DNA of 64,000 bases, from contig OY781061.1 in assembly GCA_963676515.1 (NCBI GenBank), forward strand, positions 386,890-450,889, written 5' to 3'. Under the pieces are notes generated by a model that saw only the letters and a list, made by a program, of their open reading frames with translations, did no database searches and was not told the origin of the DNA. Every line of letters begins with the position of its first letter. Within the stretch, counting starts at the first letter, position 1. This stretch comes from Candidatus Cloacimonadota bacterium. GTDB lineage: Bacteria > Cloacimonadota > Cloacimonadia > G963667145. Below are positions 24,183 through 33,355 of this stretch, in pieces. Made by a program: the position numbers and the translations under genes.

Positions 24183-25160
24183 TGTCCTTTTACTCCCTGC
24201 CAGCTGTCCACAAGCCGCTTGCACTCCCGAACCTTGGGAATTTCGCAAAGTAAAACGCAAGCTAGTACAGGCAAAATTCGCACAAAACTTGGCAATCTCT
24301 TTCTCATTGGGAGAAACGAAATCTAAACCATCCACCTTGTTGTAAGAAATAAAATTTATTTTTGCAGGAAGGTCACCCAAATAAGAGATCAGTGCTCGGG
24401 CAGAAGTTTTGTCCATATTTATATTCGGAATCAAGATGTATTCAAAAGTTATTTTGAACGGAGAATTTTTGGCAAAAGTGAACAAAGCTTTTTTCAGCTC
24501 GGGAAGAGAATGTTTTTCTGCCATCGGCATCAGTTCTCTGCGTTGCTTTTCCACTGCGGAATGAAGCGATATTGCAAGTTTGAGATTCGGCTCATCGTTA
24601 GCCAGTTTGAGTATCCCTGCTGGCAATCCACAAGTGGAGACCACTATCCGCTTTGCTCCCAGACCAAAAAATTTCTTCGCCATACGCACACTAAACAAAG
24701 TGGCATCGTAGTTATCCAGCGGTTCGCCCATCCCCATATACACCAAATTGCTGAGCCTTTTGCCTTGCTCTTGGCAAGTTTTTGCTGCCCAAAATATCTG
24801 TGCCACAATCTCCGCTGAAGTAAGATCCCTTACGAAACCTAGCTTGCCTGTAGCACAAAATTTACAACCCATCTTGCATCCAACCTGCGTAGAGACGCAC
24901 AAAGTCATCCTGTGAGCTGCTGTGATCAGCACGCTCTCGATGATACCCTTATCTGCTAACTCCAAAGCCACCTTGAGCGAACCATCGTCCGCTTTTTGCT
25001 CTGTGGAAACAGTCGGCATCTCCCAACTTAGCTCGCTTGCCAAGACCTTTTTTAAACCGTCGGGAAGGTTGCTCATCTGGCTTATATCCACGACAAACTT
25101 GTCGTAAACCCAGTCCAATATCTGGCTAGCCCTAAATTTAGGGAACCCTCTTTCTCCCAA
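24174..25160 (-). CDS. rlmN: 23S rRNA m2A2503 methyltransferase, radical SAM (RlmN/Cfr family)
   Basis: GFPKFRASQILDWVY N-terminal motif; radical-SAM GCKMGCKFCATG; true start uncertain (track uses TTG; reading frame stays open upstream and overlaps the 3' end of rlmH). Confidence 0.8.
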   Translation of the reverse strand: MGERGFPKFRASQILDWVYDKFVVDISQMSNLPDGLKKVLASELSWEMPTVSTEQKADDGSLKVALELADKGIIESVLITAAHRMTLCVSTQVGCKMGCKFCATGKLGFVRDLTSAEIVAQIFWAAKTCQEQGKRLSNLVYMGMGEPLDNYDATLFSVRMAKKFFGLGAKRIVVSTCGLPAGILKLANDEPNLKLAISLHSAVEKQRRELMPMAEKHSLPELKKALFTFAKNSPFKITFEYILIPNINMDKTSARALISYLGDLPAKINFISYNKVDGLDFVSPNEKEIAKFCANFACTSLRFTLRNSQGSGVQAACGQLAGSKRTKK

Positions 25161-25206
25161 AAAATTTGTTAATTCTTCTTGGGAAACAAAATCGAAAATA
25201 TGCTTT

Positions 25207-25659
25207 TTAATAATGGTACTCCTTACCTGTTGTAATCGTGAATGCTCTGTAAATTTGCTCGCACAAGATGGCTCTAATCATATCGTGAGTGAAAGTCATG
25301 TCGGAAAAACTCAGCAAAAAATCGGCTTTCTCTTTTAGAGACGGTGCAAAACCAAAAGCACCGCCGATGAATAAGTTCAAATCTTGGTGAGATTTTTTTT
25401 GCAAAAAATCGGCAAAATCTGGCGATGTGAATTGCTTACCTGTCTCGTCTAGCAAAATGTTACAGCCAACACAAGTGAATTTCGGCAAGATTAACTCCGC
25501 CTCTAGCTTTTGAATCTGCGATCTGGAAACGCTTTTTTTTACCTTCGGCAAAGCGAAAACCTTCAGCGGTTGAAATTTAGAAATCAGCTTTAGATAATAT
25601 TCTATCAAAAGGCTAATCTGTTTGTTTTTGGTCTTGCCGACCCAAAAAATTTTAATCAT
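25207..25659 (-). CDS. rlmH: 23S rRNA (pseudouridine1915-N3)-methyltransferase
   Basis: SPOUT-type 150-aa protein; LFIGGAFGFAP and YRAFTITTGKEYH parallel E. coli RlmH LLIGGPEGLSP / YRAWSITTNHPYH. Confidence 0.85.
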   Translation of the reverse strand: MIKIFWVGKTKNKQISLLIEYYLKLISKFQPLKVFALPKVKKSVSRSQIQKLEAELILPKFTCVGCNILLDETGKQFTSPDFADFLQKKSHQDLNLFIGGAFGFAPSLKEKADFLLSFSDMTFTHDMIRAILCEQIYRAFTITTGKEYHY

Positions 25660-26430
25660 CTATAAAAAAAGAAGCGAATCCCTACAACTGCAATCTTCTT
25701 GGGTAAGCTCTCGTGCAAAAACTTTCAAGAAAGCAGAAATGAGTTTTGCCTTATTTTTGCTCATACTGGAGATTATCTCCTCATGAGATATTTCCGCCTC
25801 TACTCCGCTACACATATTCGTCACCACTCCCACAGCCGCATAGCACATCCCCAGCTCTTTGGCTAGGCAAACTTCTGGAACGCCCGTCATTCCTATCACA
25901 TCAGCCCCCATTTGGGTGTAAGCTCTAATTTCGCTGACGGTCTCAAATCTTGGTCCCTGCGTGCAGCCGTAAACAACGCCTTTTTCTAAGTTTAACGACT
26001 CTGAAAATCCAATAAGTTTGCCTTGCAAATATCTGCAGTAAGGGGAGTCCATCTTCACATGAGCCACCGTGCCACTATCGTCATAATAAGAGCTAACTCT
26101 GCCATTGGTAAAATCGATAAAATCGTCCATCAGCACCAAATCACCTACGCTATAGGTTTTGTGGCAAGCACCGACAGCAGCTATGGCGTAAATATAGCGG
26201 ACACCCAGCTTCTGCAAAGCTTTCATATTCGCTCTATAATTGATCTTGTGCGGTGGTGTCGAATGGTTTTTGCCGTGCCGTGTCAAAAAAGCGACCTTGA
26301 CACCAGCAAAATCACCAATCTCCACAGTTACCTGCCCATACTGCGTATCTACTAGAACGCTCCTTAAATCGTCTGCTCCCGCATCATAAACGCCTGTGCC
26401 TCCGATTATCGCTCTGGTTACTTGCTCCAT
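25660..26430 (-). CDS. mtnP: S-methyl-5'-thioadenosine phosphorylase / PNP family 2
   Basis: IGGTGVYD N-terminus, VIGMTGVPEVCLAKELGMCYAAVGVVTN phosphate/ribose-binding block. Confidence 0.75.
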   Translation of the reverse strand: MEQVTRAIIGGTGVYDAGADDLRSVLVDTQYGQVTVEIGDFAGVKVAFLTRHGKNHSTPPHKINYRANMKALQKLGVRYIYAIAAVGACHKTYSVGDLVLMDDFIDFTNGRVSSYYDDSGTVAHVKMDSPYCRYLQGKLIGFSESLNLEKGVVYGCTQGPRFETVSEIRAYTQMGADVIGMTGVPEVCLAKELGMCYAAVGVVTNMCSGVEAEISHEEIISSMSKNKAKLISAFLKVFARELTQEDCSCRDSLLFL

Positions 26431-26431
26431 A

Positions 26432-26908
26432 TCAAATCTGCTTCCCCAAATCTCCCTCGAACTCGATCTGAGGATTGATTTTCTTTATCTCGCTCAGAGC
26501 GTCTAGCACAGCGGGAAAGCCGAGATTGAAAGTGTAATTTTGCAACACATCTTCTTTATAATAAGAAACCTTCAGTAAGCTCATCCTTTTACCTACAAAG
26601 CTCATCTTGGCTATCTTTTGCAAAGGAATCTGGAAACTAGGCAAAGCCAACTTCTTAAAAATAACCTTCTCGCTGGTAAGTGTGATAGAGTTCAAGGTAA
26701 AAAGGTTGCGAAACACCGAGTTAGCAGCCAGCAACACTACCACATAGGGCAAGATGGTTTTGAATCTCCCCACAGGCTCAAAAACCAAAATAGCGTAAAC
26801 ACCATAACTAATCGCCAAAGTTCCCACAAAAAGAGTGAAAAATCTTAGAAACGGATTAAACCTAAACTTCTCTTTGGACATCATAATTTCCTCCAATAAA
26901 AAAAGCAC
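26432..26908 (-). CDS. Small membrane protein of unknown function
   Basis: Two N-terminal TM helices; 158 aa; no motif recognised. Confidence 0.35.
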   Translation of the reverse strand: MLFLLEEIMMSKEKFRFNPFLRFFTLFVGTLAISYGVYAILVFEPVGRFKTILPYVVVLLAANSVFRNLFTLNSITLTSEKVIFKKLALPSFQIPLQKIAKMSFVGKRMSLLKVSYYKEDVLQNYTFNLGFPAVLDALSEIKKINPQIEFEGDLGKQI

Positions 26909-26943
26909 CTATTTTAACCTCTTGGTAAATAGATGCTTGAAAA

Positions 26944-27020
26944 TGGCGGGAGTGACGGGACTCGAACTCGCGACCTTCTGCGTGACAGGCAGACGTTCTA
27001 ACCAACTGAACTACACCCCC
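26944..27020 (-). tRNA. tRNA-Asp (anticodon GTC)
   Basis: Complement GGGGGTGTAGTTCAGTTGGTTAGAACGTCTGCCTGTCACGCAGAAGGTCGCGAGTTCGAGTCCCGTCACTCCCGCCA. Confidence 0.9.
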
Positions 27021-27053
27021 AAAACTGAGTGACCGATAGTTTTCAAAAGAAAA

Positions 27054-27129
27054 TGGTGGGTGTTGAGGGACTTGAACCCCCGACCATCTGCTTGTAAGGC
27101 AGATGCTCTCCCAACTGAGCTAAACACCC
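27054..27129 (-). tRNA. tRNA-Val (anticodon TAC)
   Basis: Complement GGGTGTTTAGCTCAGTTGGGAGAGCATCTGCCTTACAAGCAGATGGTCGGGGGTTCAAGTCCCTCAACACCCACCA. Confidence 0.9.
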
Positions 27130-27141
27130 AATTTCTTTAAA

Positions 27142-27219
27142 TGGTCGGGGTAGAAGGATTCGAACCTTCGACCCCTGGTTCCCAAAACCAGTGCGCTAAC
27201 CGGACTGCGCTACACCCCG
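27142..27219 (-). tRNA. tRNA-Pro (anticodon TGG)
   Basis: Complement CGGGGTGTAGCGCAGTCCGGTTAGCGCACTGGTTTTGGGAACCAGGGGTCGAAGGTTCGAATCCTTCTACCCCGACCA. Confidence 0.9.
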
Positions 27220-27305
27220 AACTGTGAACCATCAATCTTGTTTCCCTACTGAAAATTTGGGGTGTTTATGGTCAAGCACTTTTTCCTATTTTAAAAAACT
27301 TTTTT

Positions 27306-28418
27306 TTAGATCCCTGCGTAACTGACTCCATTACCACGATATCGAGCATAGATAGCCATCAGCAACAAGCTAAAGTTTAAATTGCTAAACTTCACTACGG
27401 AGTCCAGATAGTCGACTAAGTCGGGAAGAGAATGATTAAGATTAACATTTTTGTCGGCTATCTCTTGCAGAGATTCTTGGTAATCAAAGTTGGTGATCTT
27501 TTCCACTCCAATAGACAGCTTATAAATATCTAATAAGAAAGAGCTTAGATACCTAAGGACCACCAGCATCTCATTCTTGGAAGACGGCTTGCCCAGATCT
27601 ATCGACATCTGACTCAAGCTAAGGTCATCACCCTGAGCCATTGCCTGAAGCAACTTTTTCGTCAAATCTCTAAGCTCCAAACCGTAGCCTTTGGTCAGCC
27701 TGATAGCTCGAGACATATCTCCATCTGCTATCTTAGCATAAAGCTCCGCTTTTGGCGTTTCCACTGCGTAGTTTTTGTGCAAAGCTTGAGCGATGACTTT
27801 CCAAGACAGCTTGACAAAAGGCACGCCTCTACACCGCGAAATAACAGTCGGGAGCAAACTCTCTCTTTGCTCGGTAATCAAGATGATGACACAATCTTTA
27901 GGAGGCTCTTCCAATATTTTCAAGAAAGCGTTGGCAGCGTTTTGGTTCATCAGATGGACATCTTCAATCACACAAATTTTGTAGCGACCCTCACTGACAC
28001 TCATATTCAATCGATGGAAAAGCATATGCACGGTGTCTATCCTGATAAGTGTGCCTGCAGAGAAAAAGAATCTTTTGTAAGGTGAATCTATTTTGTTTTG
28101 CAAATAATTTTTGTACTCTTTGAGATATTTGCTTTCGTTTATCGAGCCATCGGGTTGGAACTTGAGGTTAGGAGTGGGAAAAATATAAGTAAAATCCGGA
28201 TGAGACAATGCTAAAAATTTTTTACAAGAGTTACATTTGCGACAAGGCTTTTTCCCCTCTGAAGTGCAATTGAGGGTCATCGCAAATTCCAGTGCTTTGC
28301 TAAATTTGCCCACTCCGCTAGGACCATAAAACAAGAAACTGCCTGTCTCCCTGCCAGAGCTAATGGCATTGTTTAGCAGCAAGTTAGCTCTAGTTTGTCC
28401 CTCTATTTTACTCAGCAT
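27306..28418 (-). CDS. holB: DNA polymerase III delta' subunit
   Basis: AAA+ clamp-loader N-terminus (RANLLLNNAISSGRETGSFLFYGPSGVGKFSKALEFAMTLNC), zinc module CRKCNSCKKF. Confidence 0.75.
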   Translation of the reverse strand: MLSKIEGQTRANLLLNNAISSGRETGSFLFYGPSGVGKFSKALEFAMTLNCTSEGKKPCRKCNSCKKFLALSHPDFTYIFPTPNLKFQPDGSINESKYLKEYKNYLQNKIDSPYKRFFFSAGTLIRIDTVHMLFHRLNMSVSEGRYKICVIEDVHLMNQNAANAFLKILEEPPKDCVIILITEQRESLLPTVISRCRGVPFVKLSWKVIAQALHKNYAVETPKAELYAKIADGDMSRAIRLTKGYGLELRDLTKKLLQAMAQGDDLSLSQMSIDLGKPSSKNEMLVVLRYLSSFLLDIYKLSIGVEKITNFDYQESLQEIADKNVNLNHSLPDLVDYLDSVVKFSNLNFSLLLMAIYARYRGNGVSYAGI

Positions 28419-28992
28419 AATTTTGCGGATATAAGATTCGCTCCACCTCTTGGATAATGATGTGCAAAATGACCATATGCACCTCTTGCACCCTATCGGA
28501 AGTAGTAGCTGGAATCAGAAAATGCTCGTGGCATTCTTTCAAGAGCTTTCCACCATCTTTACCCAAAAACCCTACGCAGAACATTCCTCTTTTTTTGGCT
28601 TCTTGGACAGCCGCCAAGACATTGGCAGAGTTGCCACTGGTGGAAATAGCGATCAGTAAATCACCTTTTTGTCCATAAGCTGCCACGCCTCGCGAAAAAA
28701 CCTGCTCAAAACCGTAGTCGTTACCGACACAAGTAAGAAAAGAAGGATCGCTGAGAGCTATGGCTGGCAATGCTGGACGGTCTTTGCAAAATCTACCCGT
28801 AAACTCCTCGGCAAAGTGCATCGCATCACACATACTCCCACCGTTTCCACAAGAGATAGCTTTGCCCCCAGATTGTAAAACTTTAGCCAGTTTTTCAGCT
28901 ATAGATTTAGTTTTTGCCAAGTTTTTTTCGTCTTCTATAAAATCTTGCAAATAACGCAAGCTGTCTTGATACGATTTCAATATATTTTTCAT
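28408..28992 (-). CDS. gmhA: D-sedoheptulose-7-phosphate isomerase (SIS domain)
   Basis: KAISCGNGGSMCDAMHFAEEFTGRF...ISTSGNSANV...GKDGGK closely parallels E. coli GmhA. Confidence 0.85.
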   Translation of the reverse strand: MKNILKSYQDSLRYLQDFIEDEKNLAKTKSIAEKLAKVLQSGGKAISCGNGGSMCDAMHFAEEFTGRFCKDRPALPAIALSDPSFLTCVGNDYGFEQVFSRGVAAYGQKGDLLIAISTSGNSANVLAAVQEAKKRGMFCVGFLGKDGGKLLKECHEHFLIPATTSDRVQEVHMVILHIIIQEVERILYPQNYAE

Positions 28993-29001
28993 AATTGCCT
29001 T

Positions 29002-30204
29002 CTAAAATTTAATTTTGAAAAGGTCTGCCTCTATACCGTAACCTTTGGCGGAAGATAAAAATCCATCAAAAAAGAAAAAAGCTATATTAGACTCAAAATA
29101 GCTGAAAACCAACCCCGCTTTTAGCTTGTAGAACATCTTATTGTCCTGACCGCTACCCACTATCACCTGCATCGGGCAGTGCAGATTGGGCATATAGTTA
29201 AAGCCCGCAGAGTAGCCATCGTCTAGGGCGTATTCGCAATCTTTAATCTTAACCATATAGCTGAAATCTTTGGTCAGATAGCGTTCCAATCCAAAAACCA
29301 CAGTCGGGTCTAAAAATACCGTGTGATTATAAAGTGCTTCCTCAAGAATCTCTTGCTCATCGAAATCGACACTTCCGGGCAAATCTATCTCTATTTCTAT
29401 TTTTTCTTTTTTTACTTTATTATAACTCATAGAACCCATCAAATCGTCTACTGACAAATATATCCAACCATCGGGAATCTCCATCTTGACACCAACCCCC
29501 ATCCCTAATCCAAATCCAGAAAAGAATTCGTCATCGTCGGATTTGTATTTGGTGAAAGATATATCGGCACTAGAGTCGGTGATGTCGAAATTGTCTGTTT
29601 CAACTTTAGCATAATATATAGGGGAGTAAACATTTACGCTAAAACCTGGACAAAAAGTAAAGTTGAGAAAATCAAAATCGAGGAAATTATCGATATAGAT
29701 GGGTTGCTTCTTGGAGTAAACAAAACTGCTTTTCATAAAAACAAGAGCTTCCGAACCGTCGGCTGGATTCATATCTTTTAACCCCATCATCGCTGTGCTG
29801 TCCATGTTGCCTTCAAAAATAAAGCTCAAGAAATTGGAGCTCAAATTGACTAAATTACCATAAGCCACGAATTTAGAACTGAAATTCCAGTTCCAACTTC
29901 CGAAATCCAAAGCTGTTAAGTTGTTGTGAGTTTTAAAATTAAAGTCGTTTTCAGTCAAAAAATCCCGATCTCCGTCTGTAAGGGTATAATCTGTTTGGCA
30001 GATATTTAGCATTTTTTCAAAACCGCTATAATTAAAAGCGTCGTTGGATACTCCTATCTGGAAATCACTCCCGGGCAATCTTATTTGCGAATACTCTCTA
30101 GAGGAGTACGATGCTTGATTTTCTGGGAAAAATAGAAGAGTAGCAAAACCGCTAGTGAAGACGAATAAAAAAAACAGAAAGAAAAAAAACTTTTCCAATT
30201 TCAC
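29002..30204 (-). CDS. Predicted outer-membrane beta-barrel protein, paralogue of the 528-aa protein at 33352-34938
   Basis: Signal peptide; shared blocks with the 528-aa protein (G[FL]GLG[MV]GV...YLSVDDL; C-terminus G[YF]...[DG]L[FD]F[KL][RK]IKF); ends in Phe. Confidence 0.5.
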   Translation of the reverse strand: MKLEKFFFFLFFLFVFTSGFATLLFFPENQASYSSREYSQIRLPGSDFQIGVSNDAFNYSGFEKMLNICQTDYTLTDGDRDFLTENDFNFKTHNNLTALDFGSWNWNFSSKFVAYGNLVNLSSNFLSFIFEGNMDSTAMMGLKDMNPADGSEALVFMKSSFVYSKKQPIYIDNFLDFDFLNFTFCPGFSVNVYSPIYYAKVETDNFDITDSSADISFTKYKSDDDEFFSGFGLGMGVGVKMEIPDGWIYLSVDDLMGSMSYNKVKKEKIEIEIDLPGSVDFDEQEILEEALYNHTVFLDPTVVFGLERYLTKDFSYMVKIKDCEYALDDGYSAGFNYMPNLHCPMQVIVGSGQDNKMFYKLKAGLVFSYFESNIAFFFFDGFLSSAKGYGIEADLFKIKF

Positions 30205-30206
30205 TA

Positions 30207-32405
30207 CTAAATATCTCCAAAATTGTTGTACTTAAACTCTACTTTGCCCTCAAGATCCAAATCTCCAGCGAAAGATGCTGCAGATCCACAAATAGATATC
30301 TTGACGCCCACAAAACAACTGTCGTATAAAAATGGCTCTAAATCGCTCTGCAACAACTTAGCAGACGCCTGTCCATCAGTGGTATTCGCCGTAATGTTGT
30401 CCAGTTTGATACTCCTAGCCACATAAGCGGGAAATCCCTCTTTGCCAGCCGTTCCCACAGTGGCGTTCGTCTGGAGGCTGTCATCGTAAAGCACACTTTT
30501 GTCGGTACAGATTATTACCTCTGCTCCCAAGAGCATATCCGAAGAGTTGGTGTACGCCAAAATAAACTCACCATCTATATAATTATTATAAATTTCTTGG
30601 TCTATCTTCGCCGACCTAAACTCTTTCCTCATTCCCTCAAATCCGTCGCCATAATCTTCCCTGAGCTCAAAGATAAGGCTATCACCCTGAGTATCGAAAG
30701 ATATTGGGCTTTTAATTTGCACCTGCACATCCATATCTTCTGCTGCCTCTATCACCACCACACTGTCCGAAGCTTTGATAGTTGGGAATATGTGGTACTC
30801 TATTGCTTCTGGCAATATTGAAAGCAAGTCTAAAATTTTTTCTTCGTTACTCAAATTTCCAAAATAGTTTATCAATAAAGAAGGAGAAACATCTAAAAAC
30901 AAACTATCACTATAATAAGAGACCAAATCACCGCGAGAACTTTTCATTTGAGTTTCAAAAACAATCATATCTTCTACTGCAAATTTTTTTGATTTGATAA
31001 TCGGCTTCATCTCAAAGTAAATGCTCGGCTCTCCCAACATTTTCAACTTATTTACTTCGTTACCTTCCATATCTGTGACTTTCAAGCGATTAAGCTCTAC
31101 AGGTATAGATCCACTATTCTCTCCGAACACAACATCTTCTTTGACCTTGCACTCCATTTCTTCTATTTCCAAGGGAGCAAGACTCATCCCTACTACCATC
31201 TTTTCCTGAGTAACGCTCGCAAATCCGTTAGAAGCAGGAAAAGATAATTTAACCACAACACTTAGTGTGTCTACCAATTCTGCACCGACTTCATAAGTTT
31301 GACCCAAATATTTATTAGAAAAAAGGATATATTTTTCCGTGGTGCGACTGCTATCTCCCGAGCTCCTACCCAAGATTGTAAAAGTCCTTTTTAAAGTGTC
31401 TTGCACATATTTACTACTCTGCACCTCAGGAAAAGAAAAAGTAGCCAATATCGCAGATTTAGAAAAATTCTCTAAATTTATCGTCAACTTATTGCTTGTA
31501 TTGTATGTGGTTTGAGCTTTGTATATGTCAAAATCAGAAAACCCATCAGCGTTGCGATCTATCTTTATCTCCTCACTCCAAGTAAACTCCATCGTATCTG
31601 CCATCATCACTCCGATGTAATCACTAGTTTCTATTTGATGTCCTCCGAGCAATTTCTCAAAGCTAACTGTTACCGAGAGATTGTTTTCTTTTTGCAAAGG
31701 CAAATTGACATCTCCTTGCACATAGCCGTCCACCTTTACTATAATATATTGGGTAAAAGTTATCTGGTCATAAGAGATAATCGCATTACTCTCAAATTCA
31801 TTGTCACCATTTGCAATTGAGCCGATATCAAACTCCATCAGCTCCTTGCCCTCAGAATCATAAACTCTAACAACCACAGAATCTACAGCAAATCCCATAT
31901 TGTTTCTAACGGTTACTTTTAACTTAGCTTCATCTATATCCACGCTCTCAAACACCAAATATGGGTCACCGAGACTCAAAGATGTTTTCGTAACATTTTT
32001 AAACCAAAAAGGATCGACATCTACAGAAGCATCACCCAAATCTAAACTGCTAAACAAATCGTTGATCTCTTTCAAAACAAACTCAAAATTTTTGTCGGCA
32101 ATGTCAGAAAGGTAAAAAGGAGGTTTTCTGGTCAAGCTCCTAGCGGCGTAATCTATAGAATCAAATTTTATATTACTGCCCTCGTTGTAAACAATCGTGG
32201 TGTCTATGCAAAGCTCTCCTGTAACATCGCTTACCTTTACTCCCTGTGTGTATTTGCTCATCTCTTGGGCAATATCGTACTCTTCATCCAAAATTTTGAT
32301 GCGATAAGATGCCTCATTGTCTGGTATTCCCAAATTTTCAAAATTAACATCACAACCCAAAAGTGAACCCACGATCAACAAAAAGCAAACTTGGTAAAAT
32401 CTCAT
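30207..32405 (-). CDS. 732-aa lipoprotein of unknown function
   Basis: Signal + lipobox LLGCDV; largely beta-rich; 4-nt overlaps with flanking genes. Confidence 0.5.
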   Translation of the reverse strand: MRFYQVCFLLIVGSLLGCDVNFENLGIPDNEASYRIKILDEEYDIAQEMSKYTQGVKVSDVTGELCIDTTIVYNEGSNIKFDSIDYAARSLTRKPPFYLSDIADKNFEFVLKEINDLFSSLDLGDASVDVDPFWFKNVTKTSLSLGDPYLVFESVDIDEAKLKVTVRNNMGFAVDSVVVRVYDSEGKELMEFDIGSIANGDNEFESNAIISYDQITFTQYIIVKVDGYVQGDVNLPLQKENNLSVTVSFEKLLGGHQIETSDYIGVMMADTMEFTWSEEIKIDRNADGFSDFDIYKAQTTYNTSNKLTINLENFSKSAILATFSFPEVQSSKYVQDTLKRTFTILGRSSGDSSRTTEKYILFSNKYLGQTYEVGAELVDTLSVVVKLSFPASNGFASVTQEKMVVGMSLAPLEIEEMECKVKEDVVFGENSGSIPVELNRLKVTDMEGNEVNKLKMLGEPSIYFEMKPIIKSKKFAVEDMIVFETQMKSSRGDLVSYYSDSLFLDVSPSLLINYFGNLSNEEKILDLLSILPEAIEYHIFPTIKASDSVVVIEAAEDMDVQVQIKSPISFDTQGDSLIFELREDYGDGFEGMRKEFRSAKIDQEIYNNYIDGEFILAYTNSSDMLLGAEVIICTDKSVLYDDSLQTNATVGTAGKEGFPAYVARSIKLDNITANTTDGQASAKLLQSDLEPFLYDSCFVGVKISICGSAASFAGDLDLEGKVEFKYNNFGDI

Positions 32406-33355
32406 ACTACACCCGCCTCCAAAAGGGCGTGCATATGCAGTATCCCTTTCAGTTTATTATTTTCTACCACAGGCAACATCATTATCTTATTCTCTTCCAT
32501 AAACTTCAGAGCTTCTACAGCTAACCAACTTCCCTCGCACCTCTTGAAATCGGCTGTCATCAGGCAACCGACACTCTGACCAATGCAAGCTAGCAAGTCA
32601 CCAGTCTGCAGATGTCGCCGCAAGTCACCATCGGTGAAGACACCCACTAAATGCTCGTCACTGTCTAATACAGCCACACACCCTAACTTGCCCGAGGTCA
32701 TCGCCAAGATGGTCTCCTGCAAGTCAGTTTCAGCGGTCACAGTTGGTGGATTTTTACACATCACATCTTCCACTTTCAGGAAAATTCTTCTGCCAATAGT
32801 GCCACCAGGATGAAATTTAGCAAAATCTTCCACCGAAAAATCTCTTCGCTTGAGTAATGCCACAGCAATAGCATCGCCCAAAGCCAGTATCACTGTAGTG
32901 CTAGCGGTCGGTACAAGTCCAAACTGCTCTGTATCTACATCCACCCTGCAGTCTAGCACGAAATCAGCCGCTTTCGCCAAAGGTGAGTCCAGCTTACCCG
33001 TAAGAGCTATGATGGGCACACCGATAAATTTGAAATAGGGCAACACCGAAAGGAGCTCTTGACTGCCTCCGCTGTAAGAAATAGCTATCACGACATCTTT
33101 TTTGCCTACTATCCCTAAGTCTCCGTGCAACCCTTCGGCAGCGTGCAAAAAAACGGAAGAAGTGCCCGTAGAAGCAAAAGTTGCCGAAATTTTTCGCCCA
33201 ATGTGTCCTGTCTTCCCTATTCCCACAACCACTACTTTCCCTTGACATTCGAAAAGGAGATCTATCACTTTTTCGATAGAGTCGTCGATCCTCGCTGCGA
33301 CCTGAGTGATAGAGGCAGCTTCTATCTCTAGCTCTCTTTTGATGAAATCTTTCAA
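32402..33355 (-). CDS. kpsF: Arabinose-5-phosphate isomerase (SIS + tandem CBS), KDO pathway
   Basis: SIS block VVVVGIGKTGHIGRKISATFASTG and two C-terminal CBS domains, KpsF/GutQ architecture. Confidence 0.8.
   Translation of the reverse strand: MKDFIKRELEIEAASITQVAARIDDSIEKVIDLLFECQGKVVVVGIGKTGHIGRKISATFASTGTSSVFLHAAEGLHGDLGIVGKKDVVIAISYSGGSQELLSVLPYFKFIGVPIIALTGKLDSPLAKAADFVLDCRVDVDTEQFGLVPTASTTVILALGDAIAVALLKRRDFSVEDFAKFHPGGTIGRRIFLKVEDVMCKNPPTVTAETDLQETILAMTSGKLGCVAVLDSDEHLVGVFTDGDLRRHLQTGDLLACIGQSVGCLMTADFKRCEGSWLAVEALKFMEENKIMMLPVVENNKLKGILHMHALLEAGVV

Noticed and set aside
24174-25260. Possible programmed overlap of rlmN with rlmH
   Set aside because: The rlmN frame simply stays open upstream of the TTG used by the track, so the true start is uncertain (non-ATG start likely). 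The overlap is a start-site annotation problem, not evidence of recoding.
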